Positions 1 through 14,400 of a stretch of 64,000 nt of DNA are shown one piece after another (within the stretch, counting starts at the first letter, position 1; each line of letters opens with the position of its first letter). Source of the stretch: Daphnia carinata (taxonomy: Eukaryota); NCBI RefSeq assembly GCF_022539665.2, contig NC_081331.1:248001-312000 (forward strand). Direction: 5' to 3'. The notes under the pieces are model-generated. The model searched no databases, was not told where the DNA came from, and saw nothing but the letters and a program-made list of their open reading frames with translations. A program made the position numbers and the translations under genes.

Positions 1-3000
1 TAGGTATCGGTCGTTGATTTCCATCGAGTTCTCAAAAACCCTCTTACGTATTAATAGAGTGGTTGGACGACATCGTTGCACGCCAACTCTATTGGCCTTC
101 TTCTCCACTGATTTTGGGGTACAATTATTCGACATATCTCGTAGAGATTAAAGCCGATCGGGGCTAGCGTCCAAAAAGAACGACCTACTGGTGCGTGCAT
201 TGCCCCATGTTGAGTTTCACGTCATCCATTTGACACTTGATGCCCTTAAAAAAACGCACCGTCTTCTTGGAACAAAACAACTTTCTTCTCAACCTTTTTT
301 TTTTTTTTCTTGTCCTTACAATTGTTGTGATTTTCGTTGTTCATTTTGGAAATTTCATTTTTCAGCTTGACGTGTCGCAGGGGAAAAAAGTGAAAGATTA
401 TCAAGTTCGATAACATTTTGACATCTTCCAAGAACGTTGATGCCGGGCCACTCTAAATGGCTGCCTAATCCAAGTGAATGTGTATTCTGAAATGATGAAC
501 AATAACGAATTAAAGGAAAACCATTTGGCCTGCTGTATATGCTAGACGTGCTGCTGCAAAAGACGCAAGACTAAACACTGCAGCGCACAAGGAGCTGACA
601 GCTGCCAAGTCAATTAGCCGCCATTAAATTGCCTTTTTTTTTTTCTTCCAGGTGTACGTATTTTTCCTTGCCTTCATCGTCCGTGTTTTTCCTTGCCGTA
701 CCCTCCCACATTCGAAGTCGATTCCTAAATCGTTGTTGATTTCGCTGACGTGGCCACCTCCCGAAACTGTCCCAAGTTAAATGCACCTCAAAATGGCAAT
801 TTTTAGCACAAAGAAAAACAAAGCAGTGAAAGAAAAATAGAATGGTGGTAAAGCTATTTTATTCGGAGTTTGAATGCGTAGCTCGTGGCAGCAAAAGCTG
901 CAGGCCATCGTTTCTAATTGAACTGGACAACATCTATAGCCCGTCACAAGTAAATACACATTGAGAAAAGCAAAAGGGATAGGTAAAACGAGCATGTGTT
1001 CAAAAACCAAGCTTAATTCTCATTTTTTTTAAAGCTGCAGATGGTCGCTTTCCCTCATCGGTCCATCTACCACCTTTTGGGCCCCTCGACCTCGACCATC
1101 AGCCCTCCATATCTCCCTGCTGTTGGGCACGCGACCGGCAGATGTTTCGACGCAGACAACCCCCCAACATGACCTGTTGATCTTTTTTTCTTTCTGCATG
1201 CATGCGCCACTGAACTAGCTGCCCCCCTTCATACACATTTTGAACGGCTACAGCAGGGAATTGACATACGAATAGACTTTTGACTCGTTATGTGTTGCGA
1301 GATGGCCTGTAGCAGTGTTACCTGGACGGGTACATAAATATAGAAGGTGAACGCAATGAGATATCATCAACCGAGCAAAAGAAACAAAAATTCTATTTCA
1401 AGCTGATGCAACGCGTGCACCTTGAATTATTGATTTTTTTGGCTGGTATAAGGATAGACTTGGGGCTTAGTAGCGAAAATCCTTGTATAAGCGGTTCGCC
1501 TTAAAAAGAGGCAGACAGGTGATGGCGTGTGCGTCCCTTCTAGAGCATAACAAATCGAGGCCATTCGATCACGTGTGGACTATTCAATATACGATGGGGT
1601 ACGTGGCCATCGGAGATGTTTTCTTTTTATACTTGAACACAAATGGTTGCCAAAACCTTGGGATAAAAAACAATCTGCTCGTCCGCCCTCACAATGTAAC
1701 CAACGTCTCCCACCTTTTATTGGACATGTTTGAAATTTGCATCATTCCTTTTTCTTTTTTTTTTTCCCTGTTGGTTAAATGCTTAACGGTGTACACATAA
1801 TATTCAGTTTTGCTTGGTTTTTGTTTGTTTCGATGCCCGTCATCGTTTTTCCTCGTAAATGCTAACTTTTTCCAAGCTGGGCATGGAAGAAATATCATGA
1901 CCAGCATATTAAACATCCCGTAAACTTTGCCAAAGAGGATGCCCAAGCGATGCTCATTAAGCGGCCCGTTGAAGACTTGATTTAAAAGAAATGCTGTACG
2001 CATGTCATGAGACGAGTAATAGAACCTGTCTTTCTTGTCTAATACGAACGCGTCATTAAACGTCTGCTGATTGTATTTTTTTTAAATATTTCTCTTTCCT
2101 CTTTTGTTCGGTTCACCAACATCTATTTTGGCCTTGAATGTCAGTCTTACGTGCTCGCTACAAGCCTTACGTCGACCAGCCTCCAGCCGATCTATATAGG
2201 TATAAACAACTGACTATAATCGCTTACATGCAGTTGGCCATGTTTTTCTTTTCTATTCTCTGGTCTGCGGCTGTTTTCCTGGGTACGTCGTGTGTTGAAA
2301 GAGAACAGACGGGGTCGGGATGCAGCTGTCGACGGGGGTCTATCGCCTCTTCAAAAAGCAATTAACGGTCATCGTGGGTTTAATACTGAACGGGGCAAAT
2401 AAACAACGTCTGAAAGTTCACCGGACAGAGACGGATCCCAACGGTTTAAGCTCGAAATATGCCTTGCATTCAATGACAAATTTCAGTTGAAATCCTAGCA
2501 AGGTTTTGATCGGCACGCAACCGCTTTTAAGTACAAGACGAAGAACTGGTTATACGAGGTGAAAAACAGATAGGCAAGTCGTGAGATTGTTTAAACTATT
2601 CGATTCAATTAAAAAGAAAGTCTTTCATTGTTTGACAGGGAGGCAGGCCTTTAAAAATCTTGTTCCATCTCGAATGTCGAAGGGCAACCTAGTGTGAATA
2701 ATCTAATATTTACATAGTCTGTACACAAAAGTCTATAGATTTATAAAATATACATCCAAAATAAAGTACACTTGCTATTGATGCATAAAGCTTTATTCGC
2801 GGTCTTTTAACCTTTATGTAAAATGCAATAGGAGTGAAACGCTGTTCTGAGATAAAGCAGCTTAGTGAGGTGGCACGCGCTCTCACCGTGCGGCATTTCT
2901 AAAGAGTTGCCAAGCAGCACTCTCCTCGTGTTATTTCAACGTATTTGAATAATAGCTATGCATGCTGCACTACATAAATGCGACGTCCTATCTATAGCAG

Positions 3001-6000
3001 TTTCTTCTTCAAACACACGTAAAGTACCATAAGTGGACTAATGCCAGTAATAGAGACGAAATAATTACATTTTCCAACTTTTTATTCATCGTGCTGGAAC
3101 GAAGCATAGAGTGGATGGAGTGACAAAGTGGACTGGAAAATGAGTGAGCACTTGAATTGCGATTTCAAACGATGGGGAAAAGAATTGTGAAATTCGTCTT
3201 TGATAATAATTCTCATATCGTCTGAATGGATTATCACGTCCAATGATGCATAGTGCGCGATGGTACGTAGGTGGATGCAACAAAAAACGAATGAATCCAT
3301 TGTCTAGTTGACACTCTACGTCAATCAAATACGTCGCATTTCCGTTTGCGTCGCATTATTTTACTTCTACTTAATGCCTGTTAAAGCCTGGAATCATAAG
3401 GGTGTCCCAATTTCTCACCAAAATCTTGATAAGATCGAGTTCAATTTGTACGAACTCGAGACAAGAGGTGAGTTTCCAGTTTTTTGTTGACCTGCCGCGT
3501 CGGCCATGTAATCTGACACAAGCTGTCAACTAGTCTAGACGACGTACATAGCCAGACCTCACATTCCACGCCGAAATTAAAATATATGTCGAGCCGAGAT
3601 TCCAGCCGAGACAAGATTTGCTTTGTATAGCAACAGGTCTTTTACAATGCGTATGACGTATTTGTCCCGGTGAAAGGAGACACGTTTTTCACGCTGGAAA
3701 AACGAAACCACACGGCCGGGACTTTCCTTGTTTGTACAAGTATATTAATTGATTTACTATTTTTTTTTTTTAATCGGCTCAGCGGTTTCTTGATAAGGCA
3801 GATTACAAATGGCAACTTGATTGCTAATGAAATATGTCGTATATGCAAAAAACGCGATTAATAAACCCGCAGTTTTGGTGGTGGGGATGTAAGACCGGAT
3901 TTCAATTCTCCTTAAGCGACTGGCCTATCTACACGACCACTAGCACAGAACCATGAGTGGAAGCAAATGGCATTCCAAGAGGGGAAAGTCCTTATATTGC
4001 ATCATTTTTTTTTTTCGCCGACATAAAAGAATGTTGCGATGCAGCGCAGTTTATTCACGAACGTCATCGGTACTTGACCAGCAACGGATAACGTTCTCTG
4101 AATCCGCATTGCATCTTGAATCAAAAGAAATGTACGAGTTAAGCTGTGTATAATGACCACATCTAATGATCCGTTCTGCGAATGAAGACATTTCATATGC
4201 CTGTTTTCTAACAAACAAAAAAAAAGGTCCTGTTTCTTTGCGCGTTTCTTCCTCGTTCAAGCCTGGCTGCGTGAGTCAATAAAAAAGGGAAGAAGACGGA
4301 ACCGTGTCTTTTGTCGCGGTGAATCCTTCCAAGCGTGATTGTGCCCAATGAAACTTGATTGAAGACAACTAAGAAGACGATGACGTCCCTCCGTTATCCC
4401 GGGGAACCCGTGCCCAAAGTTTGTTCCGCCTGAGAAGAGCAGACATGGTGACGACAAACGGGAACCGAGCCACTGCGTGCGCAGTTCCTGTCGTACGGTG
4501 CATAATCAGTCATATTTCGTCATCTCGTGTATAAAGTTTTTGCACACAAATCGGTTGTTAAGGAAAAATAGAACCCAAGCGAAGATGACAATGAGACTAA
4601 ACAGCCGTAGACATTTGTTGAAATTGATTCTGTGTTTTAGTCGGAGGATGTGATGATGGGCAAGGGCCGTTTCAGACGAACCCTGAAAGGTTTGGCTAAA
4701 CGTGCCTTTCACCCACTATTCACGAAACACGGTTCATTTTTCTTTAAAAACACCATTGAAGTGAATTCAGCAATAAACATTACTCACATCCGGATGCAAA
4801 TCTTATAGGAGTGGTAAGAGGAAAACCGAGATCAAGGAAAAAAAAGCCATCACGGACTTTCAATCAGATAGCGGAATATATCTTTAAATCTTGTATACCG
4901 AAGGATTATTTTTAAAAGAAATGTAGGGGCGGTTATAGAAATGGCTCCGCTTTCTTTGCAATTAAACGAGTGACGACATCAAACGGTTTTGTCCTGGTCT
5001 AATTGTCTACGGTGTAACTGGAGGCCATGACCGTACAAAAAAAAAAAAAGCCCAATATTGCCTTCAACCTAGCGGAATTGAGTATAGACACAGCTGTACA
5101 CGTTGCAACGTCGTATCTGTGGTGTACGTAATGACAAAACCATTTGCTTCTTGAAAATATACTTCCGGGCCATTTGAACGATCTTCATTGTAGTCACCGC
5201 AAAAGCCCGTTCCGTGAAGGGATTATTCTGGGTATACCTGTAATCAGCATGACCTCCTCCGGCATAACCATAAAAGCTGGGGCAGTATAATCCGTTCGCA
5301 ACCCCCCGTTGCCAACAAATCTATGCCATAAAAAGCCATCCGCTGGATGAACAAACTTTTCCATTTTCTACTGTTCGCAACAAAATGCATTACGAACAAA
5401 TCGCTTATGTAATACATCATCCCTATTTATTATGAATTAGGTTAGTGGTCTTTGAAAGACGTATAGAATAGAACGCTCTTTCTTTTCTTGGTCAGTCTCG
5501 GTTAGGACCAGCGACGTTTCATTCCGTCATACGATACACTTGGCGCCAGTCTACTATATGCAAGGTGGAACACAAATTACCTTGTTCCAAGTATGTATTT
5601 CAATCGCTTGTGCAGGGAAGGAACAGACAAGAAATCTTACATCACGAAACATTATCTTCGCACAAGAATACCGCGAGCAAAATGTTATGGTCAACGTTGC
5701 GTCATCGTTGATGGCGCAATGCGAAATGCAAAGGGTCTGTTCACCAAAGAACAAGCCTCTATTTTCAACAGCTGATTTAAAACAAAGAACAATTCAATAT
5801 TTTTGCATGATCGGCACGTTATGAAAAGACATTGTCTCGTTTATTTTTTCAAAATAACGCAGACGAAAACTACGATCACTTGAGAGACACGTGTCGTATT
5901 TCTCATACGTCGGGAGCTTAAAAAAATCCATTTCTGGTATACGATTAAACCAGCTGTCATTTAATCGAAAAATGCTGTTGAAAAAGTTCCAGTGATGCGA

Positions 6001-8455
6001 GATCATTTGCAGACGGTACTGTCTGTAACTTTTGGGGATATGGCACGATGGCGCCGCCGACACAGTTACAGACCGTTTTATTACGAACGCGTATACGCGC
6101 ATCGTGCCGTTAAGTTACACGAGCATTAATAAGGCTGTCGTGCGCTCGTGAAGAAGAATCTGATTTGTACGTCGACAATCGCTCTGAAAGTCGACCCGGT
6201 GATAGTGATTTATTGTCTCCATTGTTAATAGCTATACACTCTTTTACTGCTGCGCATTGATCGAGCCCCACTCGAACGGGAATGAGCCAGCATCGTACGT
6301 TTCAAATTAGGACGTGCTGCAAAAGACGTTATGGAATAAACGCTGGATCAAGCAATCGTTTCCAGTGAATCACGGCGAATTTATTCATTGATATTCTCGT
6401 CCTTTTTCCACCTATGGAGTTGTGGTGTAGAAAATTGGCAACAGCAACGAGCGTGAACTACCTTGAACGAGACCATTGAAATCGTATTGAAATGCCCATT
6501 TGGCCCGTGAATCGCAATCAGCGCCAAAATCTGCCAATCTGCTCGTATTTTATTCGGTTCTCTACATAGTTTTTTTATTTCTTATTTTTTTAGATATATA
6601 TATTTTTTTAAAGGCATGTCTAGAACGATAGTACCTTTGCACACTTGGGGAAAAAAAATAAGAAACGCATAGGTGCATACCCTTTTATTCCTATGAAACG
6701 ATCGATTGCTGTAATGTACCTTAGCGAATTATCCAAGGTCTCTAAAACACATCCAAATGTAATTGACGAATTTTCTAAGGGAACAAAAAAGGCTTTTGAG
6801 ATTCTTTCTCCTTTTTTTTTAACACTGTTATGGTGTACATGTACACGTACAATTCTTGGTATTTCTTGAAAGTCTTTATAGGGCCAATTTAATCTTTTCA
6901 TCAATGATTTAATGACACGCAGCAGAAGATGATTTCTCTGACAAGCTTAGATTGATCACTGTAACCGTGGCAAGGTCAAAACTGTCATTAAAAAAAAACA
7001 TACCAGTTTGCCTGTTTCAATAGAGCCACGAAATCCTAAATTTCTTTCCACTAACTGAATGACATTTACCTCTGATAAGAAATGTTTTTTATTATAGAGA
7101 ATTCCAACGGGTGCATTGGCACATTGCACGATCCGATAGATCGAAATCGTATGCGCTTAATCATTTTGCTGTCCGTGACTTCCTACAAGATTAAAATAAA
7201 AAGAATTAAAAAAGATGAGCTTCGCGTCATCTAGCGTCCACTGCTGTTACTCAGTCACGGCAGCTTTACAGGATCACAAAGGCAAAATTCTTGAAAAAGG
7301 AACGATAGAAATCGGCCAGAACAAATGAACGGAAATAAAGGGCTATTAACTGAATGACTTATTATTAGTTACTGGTCAGAAGTGGTAAATATAAAGTAAG
7401 ATATTCCTGTTTACGTCTAGCATTACTTTATTAGGCTTTCCCAGTGATATAGTAACACTATTCATGCCCAACAAGAGCCACTGTAAATTTATTCTATTAA
7501 TTCGTTAACAGTTAACAAAGCTAACGAGGTAATTATGAGTAAATGCAGACTTGACAATGAAAGTTCTAGTGCCCCCCAAAATTAATTGAAACATGGAAAC
7601 CTAAGGGAAACGTTAAGGTTATGTTTTCCAAGGTATTGGAAATTGCGCCATCCCGTTGTTGCAGATTACACAACCGATCTTTACAAACCAAACCAGTTTG
7701 CGGCGCTCTGTACGTGGTTTTTTTGAAACCTCACGACGCGCCAAATACGTTTCGTGCATTGCTTTCCTCTTTAATTACCACTAGGCACCAGCGACGTGTG
7801 ATTTTCCCCATTTAAATAGAATTTATTTTGGCAACATGGCAAATGAAAAGTTGTATGTTAAATTTCATCCGAAAAAATTCTTTGCAACAATGAGTTTATT
7901 GTGCATAGCTATAATTTCATAGTCTTCCCCAGCGGCCTTGCCTTTTCTTGTGGATCAAGCAATCCTCCCCAATACAGGAGGACATACCAATTTCATTCCA
8001 GCCCTTGGGCTTCCTGCCATTGATCATCTGACTCGTCGCTAGGGGAAAGAGTAGACCAGCAGACTGCTTATGTGCTTAAGTCAGAATCTACTGTCTGCAA
8101 CTTAAAGGATATTTTGGAGTTACGTAAAAATTTTTGTGTTTGTAAGTAGTCTTCCATTCAAGACATATTGTCCCAGAAAACAATTTTTTCTAACGTATCC
8201 CGTAGTGTAACTGTAGAGGAAATCGTGACGTTTTATCAGTCTCGAGGAAATCAATGAAAATGTCAGACGTCATTTTGGTGGCTAATAATTGAACTCTAAC
8301 GTCATTTTTCCCCCGTCCTGACCTAAACTCCAAAGTCTTGATCCCAATTTTCTTTATTTTTCCAATATCAACTAGTGATCTCTTGTTTTATCTGTGATAT
8401 TTTAGGAAAAGTTGATTACTCGAAGCCACTTGCTGGTCGCTATGATTGTTTTCAA

Positions 8456-11400
8456 ATGAAGCTTCATCAAGTTTTAACTGGGGCCTGCAATGCTGGGGAC
8501 AGGTGTTTTGCCGTTGGCAGTGTTGAGGGCATACCATTTGTGACCTATGCAGCAGGGTCCAATATAGTTGTGCTCTCTGTCACATTTGAGAGGGTGCAAA
8601 TTATCCCAGGCATCTGTCATCAAAATGTGCAGATTAGCTGCATTGACTGTAGCACAGATACAGGAAAGATAGCAGCTGCATATGGCAACAAAGTCAAAAT
8701 ATTTGAACCTACACCTCTCGTCCATCACAACAGCACCCACGTAAGTGGCTTACTATTGACATTGCTAATAAAATATTTGGTCATCTTAGACAGATTTTTT
8801 TTTATACACAAACATTATTTACAGAAATTGGACTATCACTGGGTTGAAACTGGCCACATCCAAACAGAGTATTTTGTCCGAGCCATCTCATTTAACCTCG
8901 AGGGAACTCGCCTCCTACTTGGTGGTCGGCTATTGCAGCTATGGGCATCAAAAGGAACGAACGAAAGCCAAGAAGATATTTTTTCAAAACATATCCCGAG
9001 GAGCGCCACATTTCAACTAGGTGCTGGCAATGACGGGGATTCGGATGAGGAGGAACGAGACCCTGGGTCTAATGAAGCAAAAGAAACTAGGCCTAAAAGC
9101 CCTCAGACGGGAGGTGATCGTTCAGTATAAACATAACACGCTGTTCGCTTGCTAATTTTTAAAAATGACGCTTAGACGCGAGTGATTCCTATGAGCTGAC
9201 GTGGGAAACGCGTACTTCATCACCTGTTCGGCTGATGAGTTTCTCTCCGGATGGAACTCTTTTTGCCACGGCAGGAATGAACGACCCTCTGGTTAAAGTG
9301 TGGTACCAAGATAAGCCTTGTAAGTTTCAAATATCAATCCAATTGTTTTGTAGTTTTTTATTTACACATAAGTTGCCATATTAAATTTGCTTTTACTCGA
9401 TCGTAGTGTTATTCCCGTCGAAAAGCATGGAGCATTTGGCAGCGGCTTCACCCACGTGCAACGACAGTTCAACAAAGTATGCCTTCGAATATTTAGGTCA
9501 TCCAGCATCAGTTGTTTCAATTGAATGGAGGAGGACGTCAAAGTACATGCCACGGTACGACAACCTATTGTTTAGTATTTCGACGAAGCTAATCCGTCTC
9601 AATTGCTGGCTCACAGAGGAAGCGTCGCTAATATGCTGGTTACCAGTTGCGAGGATTCTATATGTCGTGTTTGGGTCGAGACTGTATTGCCAGAAGATGG
9701 TCTAGTCAACATGAACAATTTCGATCCATTGGCGGCCCAAAATCCTCGGTTTCGAACTCACCGCCATAAACACAAATTTATGCAGCGTCTAAAACACATG
9801 AGGTGAAAATTAAACATTTTTTCCTCTGCCTGATCTTTTTCTGAACACTTTATTAATTGCAGGCATTGCTTCCAACTTAAGCGGCTATTGAAACAAGAAA
9901 ACGGGGGAAAGTCACCGAAAAAGGGAAATAAAGCCATGACAATACCTACATTATTCTCCACATACTCGGTGCATGATTATCATAGCTATGGTGTTCATGG
10001 CACTGGTCAAGCCAACGGTTTACACTTTCATCTTGCGGCAACAATCAATGCGCAGACAGGTATTTTTTGTTCTAACTTGTAGTGATTCGATATTTCATTG
10101 GATACGTTTCAATAGATATCCCATTAGTTCCAAGTTTGGGAGGATCGGGAAATGACAAAGGGTTTGTAGTTCACTGGCTGAACAATAAAGAAATGCACTT
10201 TACCCTCCAAGCCGAGTACATCCTTCAGGCAAAGACTTGGATTCTGAGTTTATAACAAAAAAACATTTAATTATTTGCTTTTTACCAATTGATAGGAACT
10301 TAGTAAGAAAGCAGTTGGCCGCGAAGAGAGTTTTCAGAATGGGTTAGGTGCTGTGGAATCGGAAGATGATCGAGGCGAAGATCCTGAACCGCAAATGGAT
10401 TTCCTTAGGCGAAAGAAGCTGCGAGCTACTACTGGTGATTTGGCCAAGTTTTTGCGAACGGAACAGGATCAGGGAAAAAATCTTGATCTGCCTAGCCCTC
10501 ATGCTGGCCACGGACTCCATCCAGATCAAATTATGAGTAACACTGCGTCCCTGTATTCAATGAACACCGACATCACAGGAGTCACAGGTATAGTTTTAAT
10601 ATTATCGCGAAATGAAACAAAGGTGAAATATAACATTTACTTTAAGGACTGGGCGTTCCGCTTGGAGATGCCTTAGATCATCGCATTGAAACATTATTAA
10701 AGGATTGGCACCATAGTCCAGATTTATTGTATGCCGTACATCCATTAGACGGATCGTACCTTGTTTGGTAAGTGTCGTATTATTTTACATACAGCGTTGG
10801 GTAAATAATAAGACCGTATTTACTTAGGTTGGTCGACTGGTTGGACGAGTACAATCCAGGCTCTTTCAGGCAGGCGCAGGTCTCGTTTAGTTCGAGACTA
10901 CCAAACGCCGTGCCACTTGGCGATGCGTCAACGTTGAGCACTCATTTGGCATTGTTCAACCCATTCCATATTTTGGATTTACGCAATTTATTGCACCTTG
11001 AAGGTCCTCAGTCGATACAATCTCCTCAACCTCTTGCTCCCGCCAACGTGGCAGATGAAGATGCTGCTGTCGACGAAGAGTCACAGTCGACGAATCATGC
11101 TTCTAGCAGCTGTGGTCCAGCCCCACAGAGTGCTGAGGGTCCATCAGCCACCATCGAGGAAAAACATGAAACAAATCCATATCATGCTTCATCTTCTCCA
11201 GTTGTGGCCATGGTTACTAAACATGCCAATGGAACTCTTAATCTTTGGCATTTAGCATTGAGTGATCAGTCCAAGTTCACGCAAGTATTGTCAGTCAGTC
11301 ATCTGACGAGAATATCAGGTCATCGATTTCGAGTTAACAGCATATCTTGCCATCCCGTTCTACCTTTACTGTTGACCACGTCCCATCATAACGTCATCAA

Positions 11401-14400
11401 CAATCCCAATGGTACAAACTGTTTGTATTTATTCTTTGATGTTTCTGTTCATTTTCGTTTGATCATTTAGACAGAGAAATTTTCGGTGCAACGACACAAA
11501 AGAAAAGGCGTGAGTCCGGACAGGCAAATCAAGGCTATTGCAGTGAGCTTATTTTGTGGAAGGTAGAAACCGTTGGTCCTCTAGGCAAATCTGGCGGAGT
11601 GAAAGAACTGGCTCGGATTAATTCACCCGAAATGTCTGCCTTTGCATCTGTTGCCTGGATACCAACAGTTTTACCAAGGTGATATAAATACTTATGACAG
11701 AAAAATTAGATTGTGCTTATGTTCCTTTTCGTCTCGCAGTTCATCGTTAGGTGGATATTCGAATTCTGCAAGCGCTTGTTTTGTTGCGTCTGATGGAACA
11801 AGTTTACGGATTTATCAAGTAAAGACTTGTTAACATCATAAGTGTTGCCCCTGTTAATTTCTATTTCGTTTGATAGGCTGTAATTGATGCCAGAACGCTC
11901 TTAGCACAGATTCTAATAACGCCAACTTTAGGACCAAACAATCCGTTTAACACTTCCTTCGATAAAGAGGTAAAGGGAAATTTAAACTAGTTTTAGTGAC
12001 ACCTGATGGATTTCTTTTTCTATCCTTAGTCGCCTGTCCGGCAGTTCATGTTGGGCAATCGTACGCTTGTACGGCTAGTTTCCGAACAATCGACTTCTCG
12101 TCCAGGATGCATTTTAGAATTAGATGCAATGGTGGAAGCGGATCATGATTGGAAACAGACTCAATTCCTCCATGTTTTTCAACAGCAGTTGCTTACTGGT
12201 CACAAGTTGACAAGCAACATTGCTACTCCATCAAGCGTTACAGTCGCTGAGTCTGCCTACCAAACGATTCCCGAAGTCATGCCAACTTCGCAAAGAAAAA
12301 GTAAAATTCGACTGTTTTTTAATTTATCTTTCTTGCTGCTGTATTCAATTTGTCTTGCGTTTTTAGCACCGCTTTCTCAGATGCCATTGGCTTCCCGAAT
12401 GAGCCTCATGGAAGTGACGCAATCAGCCGTTGTAGACCTTCAAGAGTCGTTAGCTTTTAACGAACCTTTCTACGTTGTCGTTGTTGAAAAAGAAAATGAA
12501 ATGGAAGCAAAGCAAAACGAATCGTTTGAATTTCTGGAAGTTCCATCGCATGGTGGCCCCCCAGATGCATCTGAAGGTCATAAATACGAAGCAACTAAAA
12601 TTTTCATGAGTAATTGATTCTCAAATTCGTTATTAAATTATAGGAGCTACTGTCGTCCACGTATGGAAACTCGTAATTTCATCTTGCAACGAAGAACATG
12701 GTGGAATGGCTAGCCCGCTTCAGAAACGCCCACCTGGCCCTAATGTCACAATGAAGACGATCAAAATGTGCACTCAACGTCTTCCGCTTCCCGACGGAGT
12801 GGGTATTATTCATGCGGCTCCGGCAGCCGGTCATTTAAGGTGATTTCGATACATTTTTTAGTAGTTTTGTTGTTTATAATTTGTTCACAATCTACGTGCA
12901 GTTCTGCTTCCATTTACCCTGCGTGCTTCGCTCCCTATGCAATGGTCACAGCGTGCACGGATAATACGGTTAGATTTTGGCGATGTAAATCAGTAACGGA
13001 AAACAAATCAAAAGGATCGCCAGAAGAATATCTTCGTTGGGAAGAGTGGCAGATGATAAGCAAAGAAGGCACATCACAACTCCCAATTTCAGGTATGTAG
13101 CTTCAATGACATGCAATATTAGGTGCTACTACATCGTTATCATTTGCAGGGAGGCCGTTGTCTGTTTCAGTAGCCTATAGTGGTCGTATTGCTGTGGCCT
13201 ATAAGAATGGAAAATCTTTTAAAGGGAAATCTGTTAGAGACAGTAAGAATCGAGAAGTTGATACCCGATATTTTGACCTTGTCGTGTCTATATACGAATG
13301 TGAATCAACTGGAGGTACGTGTTTTTCAGTTTTCTGGTAGAGCATTTGAAATCATTCTTTTGTTGGCAAGGTTCTGAATGGGTTCAAGAGGATGTGATAT
13401 ATCTTAAAAATATTCGCCTGCCCCGCTTGCCGCCTGTCGATCCCAATATTGATCTTGCTTATTTACAAGAAGAAGGAGAACATTGGTTAAAGAAACGGCA
13501 AGTTGGTATCGAAACGCTGACAAAGAATTTATCTCACAGTGACTTAGAAAGTCAGGATAACGATGGCGGTTGTTTTGAACGCATCCAGCCTAAGATTCAA
13601 GGTATTTTTAGTTTTTTTTGTACAATCATTTTGTAATAAATTATTCTATTATATTTTGAAACAGGTCTTTTGTCGGTGCCCAGCTATGCAACGTTATTAA
13701 CGTTAAAAAGGTCTATTGAACATCGTGGTAATGTGTGCCCCTTAACTCAAAAAAATTTAGTACAATTGGATTGGGTTTCGAAAGAAGATGGATCTCACAT
13801 CCTCACTGTTGGCGTATGTTCTTACTTTACCGAATACGTATTACATAATTTATTTAAAGAAATGTTTGAACCCCGCATCTGCATCGAAAGGTTGGACATC
13901 GCGTTCTACTCTATACGTCTGTCTCGAGTCCGGCCGTTAAGGAGCGATTCAACAATTCGAAAGTCGTCAAAAATCATAAATTAGCCAGGCAGACATCGCA
14001 AACATCTTCATTTAACCAAGATGATGTTACCGTCAGGTTCGATAAATTGATTTAAGGAAAAGAATGAAAGTATAGTTTTCGTTTTTCAACTGTTTTTAGA
14101 TGGTTACGTTTACGTTCTCTCGAACTGCGAACAGCTGATGGACTTCCTCCATTGCCAATGCATTTGTCTTGGGTTCGTGATGGCATTTTTGTTGTCGGAA
14201 TGGACAATGAAATGCAAATCTATTCTCAGTGGAAAGACACAATGTCTGGAATCACTAAGGAATCTACTGGGGCTTCGGTGACCTCTCCTATTTCTCTCCA
14301 GGGTATATGTCATACCTGTTTATTCCCATTTAATCTATTAATCACCAAATGATTTATCATCAGAACATCTCGGAGAAGAAAGTGGTACTGATGTGGACAG

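Noticed and set aside
1..7600. Numerous 60-105 aa ORFs and an open frame running off the left edge (ATG at ~135, - strand)
   Set aside because: No recognisable motifs, low-complexity A/T runs and no consistent exon chain; treated as intergenic or intronic.
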